From Callorhinchus milii (Eukaryota): a DNA stretch of 64,000 nucleotides. The stretch lies in the NCBI RefSeq assembly GCF_018977255.1, contig NW_024704742.1, forward strand, positions 27,902,001 through 27,966,000, in the 5' to 3' direction. Below are positions 12,353 to 25,569 of the stretch, piece after piece. Numbering within the stretch: the stretch's first letter is position 1; the number at the start of each line of letters is the position of its first letter. Under the pieces are notes generated by a model. It had not been told where the DNA came from. It was given only the letters and a program-made list of their open reading frames with translations, and searched no databases. A program made the translations under genes and the position numbers.

Positions 12353-12634
12353 CACTAGTCTCCCAAGCGAGAGACCTGGGTTCGATTCCCATTAGGGGGA
12401 AACCTTGGGGAAGTTTCCTTGCTCCACACGCCTGATAATAAATCCTCAAGAAAAATAACAATAATAAATTGGTCACTTCAATCCACGACTGTTTGTGGGA
12501 CACTACTGTGTGCAATTAGCTACCACCTTTTGCCCACAAATATACAGTCAATTCACTTTACAGTATATTCTGTGAAGAGCTTTGAGACGTCTAGAAGATG
12601 TGAAAAATGCTATATCAAATGCAAGGATGATCAT
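12353..12634 (+). mobile_element. tRNA-derived SINE, 5' truncated
   Basis: AAGCGAGAGACCTGGGTTCGATTCCC (B box), body and tail match the copy at 16777. Confidence 0.9.
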
Positions 12635-13529
12635 GATAAGCACAGATATGGTGGACAGAAATAAGATGTGGATATTATTTACCAGAATTTCTGAAAGGTA
12701 TTTGATGTTATTCTATGTAATAGACAAGTATATGAGATTAAGGCCAATGGGATGGCTGACAGTGGTGATACGTTAAATTGAAATGTCGAATTATTAGTAG
12801 CTAGAAAGCAATGCACAGTAGCAAATGGGTCACAAGACCCATCAGTATTGCATTCCCAGGTAGTAAAAAGCAACAGAACATTACAATGTATATCCACCAT
12901 TAATACTTGAAGGAAAGGTACTTCAGGAACTGATCTAAGTCTTATATGTGCATCCATATCAACCATACCTGAAAACATTGTTGACATTTACATGATGGTC
13001 ACAATACATTATCTGCAATGATACTGCTCAACTTCTTCCCAGGAATCTTTTCCAACAGATGAGCTTCCTGTTGCTTTAGAATTAGGAGAGTGCATCAAAG
13101 AAATAGAAAAAGTTGGAGATCGATATAGTTTTTAAAGAAATGTGTTTATCTTCCTATAATGGTGTACTCTGTGCTCCCCTTCTGTTGGGGAAAGGTGATA
13201 TGTCTCAGCGTCGAGTTAAGGCATTATATCAAATGCAAGGATTATTATTATGTCAACGGTGAGCCCTCAAGATTGGTAAGAGAGAGGAAGATGATGGGCT
13301 GAGCATCTCTCCATGTCTCTTTTCAAGGTCCCTCAGCATAGAACAATGTGTCTCTATGATATTTGTGAGATTCATCCTCTGGATTACTCTTCTATTTCCA
13401 AGCACATTCTGAACAGGAAAATAAGTATTCTCTGATACAGGGATTGAGATATTCTATTGCTACTTGCTAACATTAAGCGCTCCAGGACGCTACCCCACGT
13501 AAATGGTGCTGTATAAATGCAATTTGATC

Positions 13530-13642
13530 TTTGCCCACAAATATACGGTCAATTCACTTTACAGTCTATTCTGTGAAGCGCTTTGAGATGTCGAGAAGAC
13601 GTGTAAAGCACTATATCAAACGCAAGGGTTATTATTGTTATT
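13530..13642 (+). mobile_element. SINE 3' tail
   Basis: GCCCACAAATATACGGTCAATTCACTTT...GGGTTATTATT. Confidence 0.8.
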
Positions 13643-14149
13643 CTAAATTGTGCTTATCATAGTTTATGGACTGAAATAAAATTCCATAGCTCTGGTCAAA
13701 CTTTACAATGGTGTGTAGTACAGGATGCGTTCTCATGTATATGCACCTCATGATCAACACACCATTTGAAGTCCAGATGGATACTTGGAAACCCATATTT
13801 AATGTTCTCCTTCACGACAATTGTTGCTGTGTTTAACTGTCTTGAATGTTTCTTATTAATTTCTTATTCCTCTGATCAGCACACTCTGTGCTCAATAACT
13901 TTGAGCATTTAGATTATCTTGATATGTTGTTCCAAGTAAAAACTATAGGAAATTGGTATCAGTTTAATTACTGTAGTTAACGATTGACAAAGAAGCAATT
14001 AGTCTATTGCAGTGCTGTGTATCAGTAATACAATACTTATAACTGAAGTGCGGGGAGCAGAGCAACGGTCTGCCACAATGATGCAGACAGTGAAATTCCA
14101 CTGGGGATGCAGATTTACTCCATTTATGTAACATTTTCGGAAATGTCAT

Positions 14150-14320
14150 TTTGGACAATTGCTCTATTCAGTCTTAACTTTGAAGTCATTTTTCAGTAGT
14201 TTTTAAAAGAAACTTAACAGAAAACCAGCTTCAAATTTGAAGCTGTATTTAAGAATTTGTTACATTCTAGATGCTCTAAATTGCTGCATAAATTGAGTAA
14301 ATCTACATGGCAGAACTACA
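14150..14320. mobile_element. Palindromic MITE-like element, partial
   Basis: CAGTCTTAACTTTGAAGTC...TTTAAGAATTTG...GAGTAAATCTA is the reverse orientation of the 15985 copy. Confidence 0.6.
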
Positions 14321-14784
14321 CCCTGATAGAATTTCTTCCCAAAAGTGTCTTACAACAGGAGAAAGTAAGAGACGAGACCAACATTTTAATAAATACAAAT
14401 ATAATAATATAATTCAGTAAAACTCACAAGTATTATATTGATAAATCATATAATGCCTGTCGTATATACACCCGAATCCCATTCAGTTTTCTATCAAAGC
14501 TACTCAGAGTTCTTTGCACCAGTCATATTGTATATAAACCAAATTGTCTCCTAACTCTGAACGCCGTTCTCTTATCCTCCATTACTCCTGCACTTACCGA
14601 CTGCATTGAATCGCGGGAAATGACATCCTTACCCATCGACACGTGCACAATTACCAGTCGACTGCACTGAATTGTGTGACACATAGAGTTGACCGGTCGC
14701 ACACACACTTATCAGCTACCTTGAATTACACACAGTGAGGATTATCGATTATCTGATTTTATGGCCCCAACTGATATGACTTAT

Positions 14785-14945
14785 AATAATAATTCTTGCA
14801 TTTGATGTAGCGCCTTATCATGTCTTCGAGACATCTCAAAGTGCTTCACAGAATATATAAAGTAAATTAACTGTATATTTTGTGGATGAAACACAGCAGT
14901 CAATTGTGCACAGCAGCGTTCCACAGTCAGTGACCAATTTTTTTT
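14785..14945 (-). mobile_element. SINE 3' half
   Basis: Shared SINE tail on the minus strand. Confidence 0.8.
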
Positions 14946-14967
14946 GTTTTTTTACGTGAGGTTTACT

Positions 14968-15393
14968 GTATAATAATAATCATTGTATCCAATCATTGCC
15001 TTATTGTGTTATTGAGGCATCTCAAAGCTTTTCACAAGATGTAAAGTGGATTGATCGTTTTTTTCTGAGTGAAATGTGGCAGCCAGTTTGCACACAGCAT
15101 TGTCCCACATGGAGTGAGTGTCCAATTTTATTTTTGGGGAATTTGTGGGCCAGGACACTGGAAGAAACTCCCTTCTCATTGTCAAAGCTGCCATGGGACC
15201 TTCAACATCCACCTGAACAAGCAGACAGATCTTGGCTTAACGCCTCATTCAAAGGACCTCTGACAATACAACACTCCCTGAGCACTATTTGGAGTGCCAT
15301 CTTAGACTAATTATTCTAAGTCCTGACGTGGGGCTTGAACTCACAACCTTCTGACTCTGAGTCGAGAGTGCTATCACTGCGCCAGGCTGACAC
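14968..15393 (-). mobile_element. Deu-domain SINE, near full length
   Basis: tRNA-like head (reverse complement GTGTCAGCCTGGCGCAGTGATAGCACTCTC...GAGTTCAAGCCCC), Deu core and shared tail. Confidence 0.85.
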
Positions 15394-15984
15394 ACACAAT
15401 GAAGAAAACTGAACAAAATAATTTAAGGAATTGGTTCACCTCTAGGACTGAATTTCCCCTTTCATTTGCTGGAATAAAAAATATATCCAATTTCATGTGC
15501 AAAAAAGTCAAATGTATATCTTCATTTTTAGTAACAAATATGGATCTGAATGTTATATTTTACAACCTGTCTATGCAAATGAATTGAGCAGCCACTGCTG
15601 GTTGTTGCAAGGACACAAGGTGAGCAAAATGAATTGATTCTTAATTCCATTACCCAATGACACACCACTGTTATTGACTAAACACTACCACGTTTTTAAA
15701 AGCCAATGTGCATCTTCAGACTGATAGCGTCAGTTTTTTTTTTCCTTCTGTTTTTACAATGAATGAAGATTTCCCAAGATGCTTCCAGTGAGCGCTTCCA
15801 CTGCCTTTCATTCCCATACAACTTAGTTGTTGATCTGTTGTTTTACATGTTTGTGCTCTTCAAGGCAAGAGACGTTATTGCAGGAAAATGGGATACTTCT
15901 TCCAGTATCAGCTTGAAACACGATCAAGTCAATTACAGCAAAGCCAAGTGCAAACAAAACTGCCTTTAATCTTGTCCGACAACT

Positions 15985-16219
15985 GGGAAAAAAATCTCAC
16001 CTGTGTCTAGATTTACTCTGTGTAGTATTTCAAAGCCTCCAGAATTTGGCAAATTCTTAAACATGGCTTTAATTATAACACTGTTTTTTCTAAATTATTT
16101 TCAGAAGTACAGAAAATTGACTTCAAAGTTAAGATTGATTCAACAATTTGCCAAATTCAGAAGTCTCTTAAAATGCTTCAGAAATAGAGTAAATCTAAAC
16201 CCAGCTGGAATTTCTCCCC
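15985..16219. mobile_element. Palindromic MITE-like element, complete
   Basis: GGG...TCTAGATTTACTCTG...CAGAATTTGGCAAATT pairs with AATTTGCCAAATTCAG...AGAGTAAATCTAAA...CCC; imperfect terminal inverted repeats of ~80 bp. Confidence 0.8.
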
Positions 16220-16329
16220 AGCAGTGTCTTTGGTCCAAACTCTGAAAGACTTTCAACAATAGCTTGGATTTATATAGTGCCCTTCATGCTGTACGGTGTT
16301 TCGGAGCGCTTTCCTCTTACTGTACCTAT

Positions 16330-16570
16330 ATGCACTATTCAAAAAGAGAATGGAGTTTCTCCTGGCATCCAAGCCAACAATGCCCCAGATATAATTGTTC
16401 ATTCACTTCACGGCTGTTTGTGGTACATTGCTCTGTTCAAATTGCATGTTGCTTTCACCCCCAAAAACAACAGTTCCTGCAATTTACGGTATAACCTGTA
16501 AAGAATTTTGAGACTTCCTGATGACGTAATGAGGCTCTATATCAATTACAAGTATTTGTATTATTATTTA
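16330..16570 (+). mobile_element. Deu-SINE 3' part
   Basis: GCACTATTCAAAAAGAGAATGGAGTTTCTCCTGG...tail. Confidence 0.7.
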
Positions 16571-16776
16571 CGTGAATGTTTCTGCGTCCAGGTGGTATTC
16601 TCTATGGTCTTTCTGTGTCCAATTTCCAATTAATGTTCAATTGTGGGGAGGCTTGCATTTGCAAGCCTTAATTCATTTGTTGTAATTGTGGCTTCTATTT
16701 CATGACTGAGCTTGCAAATGCTAAAAATATCATCTTGCAAAGATTTGAGCGTTCGAGACCCAGTTTAGTCCATTTT

Positions 16777-17097
16777 GGAGTCCTGTAGCTCAGTGGTTAG
16801 AGCACTCGCTTTGCAAGCGAGAGACCTGGGTTCAATTCCAGGCAGGGCGAAACCTTGGGCAAGTTTCCTTACTCCACACGCCTAATAATAATCCCTCCAA
16901 AAACCAAAAAGAATAATTAAATTGGTTATTTTCAATCTACGACTGTTTGTGGGACATTGCTGTGCGCAATTGGCTGCCGCGTTCGCCCACAAATATACAG
17001 TCAATTCACTTTACAGTGTGTTCTTTGAAGTGTTTTGGGACGTCCTCCCGACGTAAAAAGCGCTATATCAAATGCCAGGATTATTATTATTATTATT
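16777..17097 (+). mobile_element. Young tRNA(Ala)-like SINE, full length (short variant)
   Basis: GGAGTCCTGTAGCTCAGTGGTTAGAGCACTCGCTTTGCAAGCGAGAGACCTGGGTTCAATTCC head with A box, B box and TGC anticodon loop; (TTA)n tail; near-identical to the copies at 18581, 31132 and 44308. Confidence 0.95.
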
Positions 17098-17639
17098 TTG
17101 TGACCGGAAGCTTGGTTTGTGACTTTCTGTCAGATGCTTCAGGTTGTTTCTCAGTGGAGCCGCAATCATAACTTCACTCCAATGAAAATCTATCCTGCTG
17201 GATTGCCAGTTGTTTTTAAGTGAATTCAATTCCAGTCACGAGTGAAGCCACAATTAGCACAGTAATTGGTGCATTTGTAACCCTCATGTTCGCTTTCCTC
17301 CTTGTTGGTTGTTTTTCTGGCTGACTCGGCAGATGAAAGTGGAAAAAGTATTTTACAGCTACATATATCCAATATCATGTGAGAAATTATTCTTTTTAAT
17401 GCACTTGGGGCATTTGAAAGGAAACAGCAAAAAATGTAGACTTCCATAGAAAACTTAGGAGGTAGTTTTTTTAAACGTAAAAATTGCAAAACCAAGAAAG
17501 TTTTTATTTCTTTACATTGGTTCCCTTTTCTTTCCCTAATGGTCTCTGATATTGCTTAACATTATTTCCATCATGACCTTTCATAATAATTGGCCATCCC
17601 CTTTGCCCAGTGAATATTGGCCAACTTCACATTTCCTAC

Positions 17640-17850
17640 ACTATCCACCCCACCACCCTGGAGTTCCTCTGGCTCCCTCCCTCCCTCCCATTGTTCAAGA
17701 CGCATCTCAGAAAGTACCTCTTTTTGACCAAGCTTTCGGTCATCTTTCCCCTTCCCATTGACGTCAAATATCATCCCCGCTTGTGTACCCATCCAGCATT
17801 AAGTACTTTGAGATATAGTAAAAGGCACTATATAAATGTAAGTTGTATCA
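17640..17850 (+). mobile_element. Decayed L2 3' end
   Basis: CTGGAGTTCC...TTCAAGACGCATCTCAGAAAGTACCTCTTTTTGACC...AAAGGCACTATATAAATGTAAGTTG. Confidence 0.65.
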
Positions 17851-18580
17851 TAACTTACACCATACATATTTTTCCCTTAGTAAAACTTTCCATCTATGTT
17901 GCCAAAATGTAAGAATTGTTAATTTACCTTGCCTGATGCTGAAATCTATGCAATAGTGTCTGGATTAACTTGTCAATCCTCTAAATTGCAACACGACAGT
18001 TTTGTCACACCAATGTTCCATTTCCAATTCCAAAGAGATCAATCTTAACTTTCCTAGGTTCCAATAACTTGGATTGCTTCCTTGGAATCATGCTAGTTGC
18101 TCATCTCCCAGTCCTCTTGAGGGCAATCACACCTTTCCTCCGTTCAGGTGGTGAGTGTCGCACTGCTTGTCTAGTTTGCTCATTTCTCCATTTAAACTGA
18201 CAGTCAGATTCATAATCAATGGAAACTCATCATTTACCATGCACTCTTTTCCTCTTTTGAACTAGGTGACAGTTTATCGTTCAAAATGGTCCTCCCAATA
18301 TTTATCTGTTCTAAACATTGAGGCATTGTATTTATTACCAAAATGAGCTTTTTAAGTATTTCACTTGATGGAGATTGTTCCACTTTGGGTATGAACAATC
18401 AGGAAATTATTTGGGAAAATGGGGCGGGTGGGGTAAGTCACTCAACCCTTCATCCTATTGAGGATGATAAAATGAAAACCGTCTGAAGAGGTTCTCCATC
18501 AGGGAGTGAGCATGTCTTCTTGGAGTATGCTAGAAGACAGACTGACTCCAATGAGATGTGCGTGTGTGACAATCTACAAG

Positions 18581-18907
18581 TAATAATAATAATAATAATA
18601 ATCCTTGCATTTGATATAGCGCTTTTCACGTCGGGAGGACGTCCCAAAGCGCTTCACAGAACACACTGTAAAGTGAATTGACTGTATATTTGTGGGCAAA
18701 CGCGGCAGCCAATTGCGCACAGCAATGTCCCACAAACAGTCGTAGATTGGAAATGACCAATTTTTTATTATTGTTTTGGGTTTTTGGAGGGATTATTATT
18801 AGGCGTGTGGAGTAAGGAAACTTGCCCAAGGTTTCGCCCTGCCTGGAATTGAACTCAGGTCTCTCGCTTGCAAAGCGAGTGCTCTAACCACTGAGCTACA
18901 GGACTCC
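18581..18907 (-). mobile_element. Young tRNA(Ala)-like SINE, full length
   Basis: Near-exact reverse complement of the 16777 copy. Confidence 0.95.
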
Positions 18908-18924
18908 ACGTGTTGATGCTTGAC

Positions 18925-19186
18925 CAGCTTGTCCCCTAGGCTCTGGAACTCTATCCCCCAGTGCCTTCGCCTTGCTTCCTCCCTTTCCTCCTTCTAGGCC
19001 GGTCTCAAGACCTTTCTCTTTGACGGTGCCTTCAGCTCGACACTCTACCCCCTCCTTGCTCCCTCCCTTCCCTCCCCTCACCCTGACCATTCTCCCCCTT
19101 GCTCGGGTCCTGACCTAACTGTACAGCGCCTTGGGACGTCCTCCCGACATGAAAGGCGCTCAATAAATGGAATCTTGTTGTTGTTG
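18925..19186 (+). mobile_element. L2 LINE 3' end
   Basis: CTCTGGAACTCT...CTCAAGACCTTTCTCTTTGAC; tail AGCGCCTTGGGACGTCCTCCCGACATGAAAGGCGCT...(TTG)n. Confidence 0.9.
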
Positions 19187-21339
19187 TCTCACTTCATTGA
19201 TGAGATTTAGAGGTGTTGACAGTCCTGAGAGCCAAAGCCGTAATGGGTAATGTGCTCCTATCTAGAAAGGTGTTGTGCTTTATGGTTCCCACTACCTGCT
19301 TTCTTTCTCATTTTGTTTAGAAAAAAGGTTTGGTTTTTAATGTAAAAATAGAGAGGAACAAACTAAAGGAACAAAAAAATTTTTTTTAAAAAGTGTTGCC
19401 CATTGTAGAGATTAGAGCTAATTTCCTATTTTCAGTCTTCTTGGGGAGTTGACCACTTATTTGAACTCTGAGCTATGTGGTTTGTAGACTGCCATTCCAG
19501 CTTGTCTGAATAGCTATGGGCTTTGTTAAAAAATATGTCTTGACTGTCAAAATCTCACAGGCCTCTATGACCACATAAAATATATATGTTGGACATGACA
19601 TTTTTTCAGATGTATTCTAGTTTCTTGTTTCTGATCTCAACAGGGCTGTTTTGTCTGGCAAAAAAAAAACAAGTCTTGCAAGATGGAAAAATGTACAGAG
19701 GCAAAATCAAGGCTATTCAGTTAGGTGTCTTTCATGGAGACTTTAATAATTGTATCCTGACCACTTCAATGATGAGATTGAGAAATGCCTTCTATGAAAC
19801 TATTAAAACATATAGTTGTTTCAAATCTAGGAGAATTATCCAGGAAACCTTTCAGTTTAGCACTGTGGAGTTTATCCCTTGCAAGGTTCTTTAACAAGAT
19901 GGTGTAAATTAGAAGACAGAGATATACATACACACAGAGTTAGAGGGAGAAATAATTACATTTGCATCTTACTATGTCGAAATGTCTTGAAGTGCTTCAC
20001 AATAATTACTGTTAAGTGTAGTGAAAAAGTAAATATGGCGTCCAAAGTGCGTAGCAAACAGTCATGATATGAAGGACCAATGTCTTTTAAATGGTTTATT
20101 TCTAGGAAATTCTAGGGGCGATAAAAGAACAAGTGTAATATCAGTTATCTTAAAACAACTACTTTTCAGTGTAATTTGGTGAATACAATGTTTGAGTTCA
20201 TTCTGTCTTAGTACTTACAAGGATTCTGCCCACAAAGAGACAGTAGATATCTCAAAGAGGCATGGGGTCTCATCACCTTGAGAAATAGTGGGGACTTAGC
20301 CGGAACACATTTGTCATCTGAAAAGCTCTAATGTATTCCAGTGCTTATTAAGTATGGCTTTCAGCAGCTTGTGATTTTCTCTAATTGTACATCTCAAGCC
20401 TACAACTGACAGCAATCCACCTGAATTGGGCTGACTTATTTGACTTCCTGTGTGTGTGGAGAAAAAAAGACTAATTTAAATAGTGATCCTTCCTTTGAAA
20501 TATTTGGTGCCAGTTTTGACAAATGTAAAACGTTCTCAAAATCTATTATTGGAGCAATTCTCATTCGACGGTATGTATTTCAGAAGTCACAATACAAATA
20601 CAAAATTGTCAACACAATGCAAATTTGTCAACTGCTTCCCTTGTCACCTCTAGATCACTCCTCAGTATATGAAAGTATTGTAGTTTGTATCCTGAGATTT
20701 ATTTTAAGTGGCCTGTTGTTTCCTCACTATAGCTGCCAACTTGGCTGTCAAGTTTAATCATTGTTAGATAAGATCTTAGAATGTGAGTGCCTTCACAATG
20801 TGAGCCTAGCATTGCATGTGATAGCATTCCTGTGATCCCTTCAACCATGATATGCCCATAAGGCGCAGAATAACGTGTATTTTAACGGGTAAACGATAAG
20901 GCTTTGTAGTTTAGCAGACAGGCCTTAGGTGAAAGCTCTAGAAAAGAATGTGAAACTAGGACAGGCTATGAAAAGCACCCTGTTTTCATGTACACTAGCT
21001 CAAGGGCATTGTATTAGTAACTTTTATCTAATTCCCTGAATCCATGTTGGCGGAGTTGTGATGGTTCTGGTTTATTAGAAAAATATGGGATCCTGCAACG
21101 ATGAGCTTCAATGCTCATTGCAGTGATGAATTCTGTTTCATGTTTTCCTTTTATCCTCAAGTACCATTGGTTCTGAAAGCTGGAAAGGGGAATAGAAGAG
21201 ATGTCTGTGAACAGTTCAGTGATTTAATGTCTTCATTTATCCATTACCTCGTAGTAACCCCATCTTTGAGGCCCATGTTAATAAATAGCTTGTCTCGTTG
21301 CACTAGAGAGGAATATGGTAGGGCTCGGAAAGGTGAAAA

Positions 21340-21620
21340 ATGAGCCCAAATTAATGATAGTACATGAGCTCAGATGATATAAAATGCTGCCAGGGGCACA
21401 TGTGTTTTTCTATGCTGTGAGGTGACAGTAATTGATAGACTGTCACATCTATCTGCTATCATCCTCGAAGGATATGGAGTGTGATTAAAATACCAGCAGG
21501 GTGATAAGTTTATGCTTTTTTTATCTTTTAATAATGCTAATCTGTATTGGGAAGCCTACTGATTAAATGAAATTTTCATTCTGGCTTCTGCTGAAGGAGG
21601 TTGCAGGTAAGATTCCGTTT
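21340..21620. promoter_or_regulatory. Candidate conserved non-coding / enhancer-like block
   Basis: Repeat-free; inverted TGACAG pair around TAATTG (21422-21446); several TAAT and GATA motifs. Conservation is untested. Confidence 0.35.
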
Positions 21621-23144
21621 TAAATGTTCATGACTAAAGAGGTATATCTCATCGGTTGGTCGGTGGAATGAGTGGGAGGTTTGTCTCTCTGAATCCAGGA
21701 GGTACTCGTGATTCAGTTGGTGTATGAACCTTGCCAAGTGCAGGCTGACCAAAAAGTCCTGAAGCTACCCTATTATCTAAAAAAAAATCATCATTTCTGT
21801 TAGACTTATTAGACATTGTAATGATATCACAACTTTTTAGTCTTCCTGCATAAAACACTCCTTACATAAGTTGATAGGGCGGTGGGGGTCATGCTGACTG
21901 ATTTTGATAGTATTGGTCTATGTCTCCCCGCGAGCTTAGCTGAGATAGATGCCTTTTTTTGTTCACATTGTTTTGTTTACTCCCAGTCTCATTTACTTAA
22001 CATTGAAGGTTGAACACTGGAAGATGAGCACACTGGAGAGGTAGACTATTTTAGTTTGAAGGGTCTCTATGGGGAAATGTTTCAATTCTGAGGAGTTTGC
22101 AGATTGTTGTTGAAGAATAGTTTGTGTGTGTGAGACGATGAGGTCAAAATTGTGGTCTTGCTAAAACATTCCATTCTTTTAAGGGAAGAGATTAAAAGAG
22201 AATTTGCAATATCTACCACCTCTAAATAATGGAAGCACGCAAACCAGTTTAAGAAGCATAAAATGAAAAACATGATGGTAGCTGTTCTGAAATTGCTCTT
22301 TACACTCTTAAACTGCATCCGCTTGTTCCACCATCTCGATGCATTATAAAGTATTGATCTGGGTTTTTCATTTTCATTCCTATTTAAAACTCAATCAGAG
22401 TATTTCATGAGTAAGCCCAGCAAGGCTATTTTCCACATTATTAAATGGCAAGAGTATGAACGGAAATCTTTGGATCTTTAGGACCAACTGAAGATTATTT
22501 CCCTGCAGTAATTATAGACTGGGTTATCTCCACAATATACTAACTTCTGCTGGTGATAATTATCACATCCTGCATGTATCACCCCTTTAGGGAAAGTAGA
22601 TGCCTTAAATACCCAAATGGACATGCAAACTATGTCTGTACTTAGTTGGATTATGAACCTGGAGCCAAACATGAAGAGTAGAAGTCAGCACAAAGTGCAC
22701 AAATGGCAGCTTTCCAGTTCTTGCTCACTCTTCCACAACACTTATTTTATACAGATGAGCCTTGCTAAACATAAATACTTGGCAAAGAAATGCTTTGCTT
22801 GGATCAGGATTTCTCTAAGTTGTGGAGCCAAGAACCAGAGGTGAACAGTGCAAACATGGGAGAATTGTACAGCCTCATCGTAGTGTATTCCATTAAATGT
22901 TGCAATCAATAGGAATAAATGGACAATAATCTGGTATGTGGGGTTCTGTGCTTGGGTTGTAATTGAGATCAAAAATACATAAACAAAATGGTGAGGAGTC
23001 GCTGTGAAAAATGTCAAATATTTGGAGTCCTGTGTTTGTGTGGATGTCAAAGTTGTGCTGCATTGCATTTAGACAACTCAAATCAATGCAGTTACATATC
23101 AGACAAAGCATGAAGGCACTTATGTTTGAACTAGCAGATAATCT

Positions 23145-23554
23145 AGTAATAATTTTTGTATTTGATTTTGCGTCTTACCGCGCAGTCGTGACATCTCAAA
23201 GTGCTTCAAAGGATTCTAAAGTGTATTGAGTATATATTTTTTGGCAAATACAGTAGCCAATTGTGCGCACAGCCATGCAGTGACTTAGTCTGAGTTATTT
23301 GGGGATTGTTGACCAGGACATCAGGGGAAAAACTCCCATCTCTTTTCGAATAGTGCCATAGGATCTTTAACAGGCGGAATTGACCTTGGTTTAACGTATC
23401 ATCTGAAAGACAGCACCTCCAACAATGCAGTGCAACCCCAGTTCTGAATTGGAGTGTCAGCCTAGTCTGCGAGTTCAGAGTCCCAAAGAAGAGCTTCAAC
23501 TCACAGCTTTCTGACTCGGAGGCAAAAGTGCTACCAAATGAGCCAAACTGACAC
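23145..23554 (-). mobile_element. Deu-domain SINE, near full length
   Basis: Tail, TTCGAATAGTGCCATAGGATCTTT...GAAAGACAGCACCTCC core and tRNA-like head. Confidence 0.85.
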
Positions 23555-25315
23555 CTTGTATACCGGAATTAGGTTGTCCAAAATAAGTCAGCAATTCTTG
23601 TGTTCTGTTTTTATCTCTGCTTCAGTGTTAATGAAGCTGAAAATGACACTAAGTTTTAAAACCTGACAGTGCGAGGCAATATTGTTTCATATTTAGCAGC
23701 ATGCATTTAATTCATTTGAACAGTGTGCTCACAAGCTAGACCAAAAGCACATCAACACTGGATTTATTAACTGGGCCAGAATTGCTTTTTTTTTCTGAAT
23801 AGCAATTCCCTGCTGAGGAAGTGGTTGAGCCTCTCGAATCATCTCTCTTTTTTATATTTCCTTGGCATCGCTGTATTTGGGGGATGCAACGGTGAAGTGA
23901 CAGTCCTCCGGGTTTTTCTACCGTATGATGGTGAATGCATGAGTTTCCGAATACAGTTCAGTGAGCTTGGAATTGAAGTAAAAAGGCTTTTTCCTGCCTC
24001 CTTTGTGAATTGAGTAATTGAAAACACATGTAAGAGAGAAACCTAGCCAGTGGCTGCTGGAGCAGAATCCACTCAATGTGGATTCGCTTCCATCTTCTCT
24101 CTCTCTTTACATGCCTACTCCCCTGAGCCTTGAGGAGTATGTTTTTCCTCCACCTTCAGCATGGCACTCTCTGTGATTTTTCATCTTCCACAAGTCACCT
24201 GCACTAGATTATCATGCTGTGTGAGCTCAATAAATCAGTGAAGCCTGCACTTCATATCTTGATTTGTGCTAGAGCTTGTCTAAAATAATGCTTCTTTGCA
24301 GTATTTTTTGGACAATTTTTCATTCTTTCATACAATGGCATGTCATTTTCGAGTGAAGAGACAAAATATCATGTGGAACTGTTGCAAAGCGCAGAGCAGC
24401 TTTGACGAAGCAAGGCTTGCATTTACCAGAGAAAAGATTTAATCTCATCAGAACTGATCTCGAGAGGTGCCAGCATGTTATTTTTCATAAAAGAAAGCAG
24501 AATATCGAGTCACGTGGAGTCCGGCAGCATGAATACAGAAAGAAAATGAATGGCCCTTAATGCTTCGTATTTCTCCAGTATATTTTCTCTGAGTATATAG
24601 AGATTCAAAACAGTCTCATCGATGTCACTCAAAGCCTTAGGAGAATTAAAATTCACATAACTCGTGTGAAGCTGGATTTGATAATATTTTAAAGATGGAA
24701 CTGTTTTTTAATTAGTTATTAAAAATGACAAAGGAGAATCTGGGGCTGTCTGGGGATAAATTTTGAATCATCCCTTCTTGAAAGATGTTCACTTTGGTTC
24801 TTTGCCTTTCTCCACAGGAGGCATTATAAATTGGGGAGAGTCAATTACAGTGCAAATTGTACATGAGTTATTCAGATGAGGGGGCTTATATGATCAAATA
24901 AGCTTTGCTTTTTCTATGTGTTATGACTACAACCACAGATGTATGACAATCTTTTCAAGTTATTTTGATGTGGAAAAGATGGAAGTTTAATAGGCCAGAT
25001 GCAAGTTCCTTAAAGCTGGGGTTAATTTTGTCAGGATGGACTTGATGTGGAATTTACATCATCAAAATGGCTTTTGGGGAATTTGAGACCCAAAGTATAG
25101 GATATGGTCTTCCCCTTCATTTTTAAGACTGTGCAGAATTTAAAAATATCCTTAAAATCAGTGCAGCGATGAAAAATTTGCTGCAAAGTTAAGTCTGAAT
25201 TTAAAAATCTTCTAACGTTCTGCATTTTTTTTTGGTGGGCAATGGGTTTAAGGTTAAGACCATGAGAATATTTAGGGATCGAATCCTTAAACAACAAACT
25301 TTTCCCATAGTAGTA

Positions 25316-25339
25316 GTGTGTGTGTGTGTGTGTGTGTGT
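25316..25339. repeat. (GT)n microsatellite
   Basis: Read directly from the sequence. Confidence 0.95.
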
Positions 25340-25365
25340 ATGAATTAGAATTAGAAGTTGGGATC

Positions 25366-25569
25366 ATAATAATAATTATCCTTGCATTTAATATAGTGTT
25401 TTTCACGTCTTCTAGATATCTCAAAGCGCTTCACAGAATACACTGTAAAGTGAATTGACTGTATATTTGTGGGCGAAACACGACAACCAATTGCGTACAA
25501 TAGTGTCCAACAAACTTTCATGGATTGAATGACCAAATTATTATTATTATTTTGAGGGATTATTATAAT
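25366..25569 (-). mobile_element. SINE 3' two-thirds
   Basis: Matches the body and tail of the 3971 and 12353 copies. Confidence 0.9.

Noticed and set aside
16777..16850. tRNA-Ala(TGC) gene
   Set aside because: The acceptor stem does not close, and the head runs directly into a SINE body repeated many times in the window.
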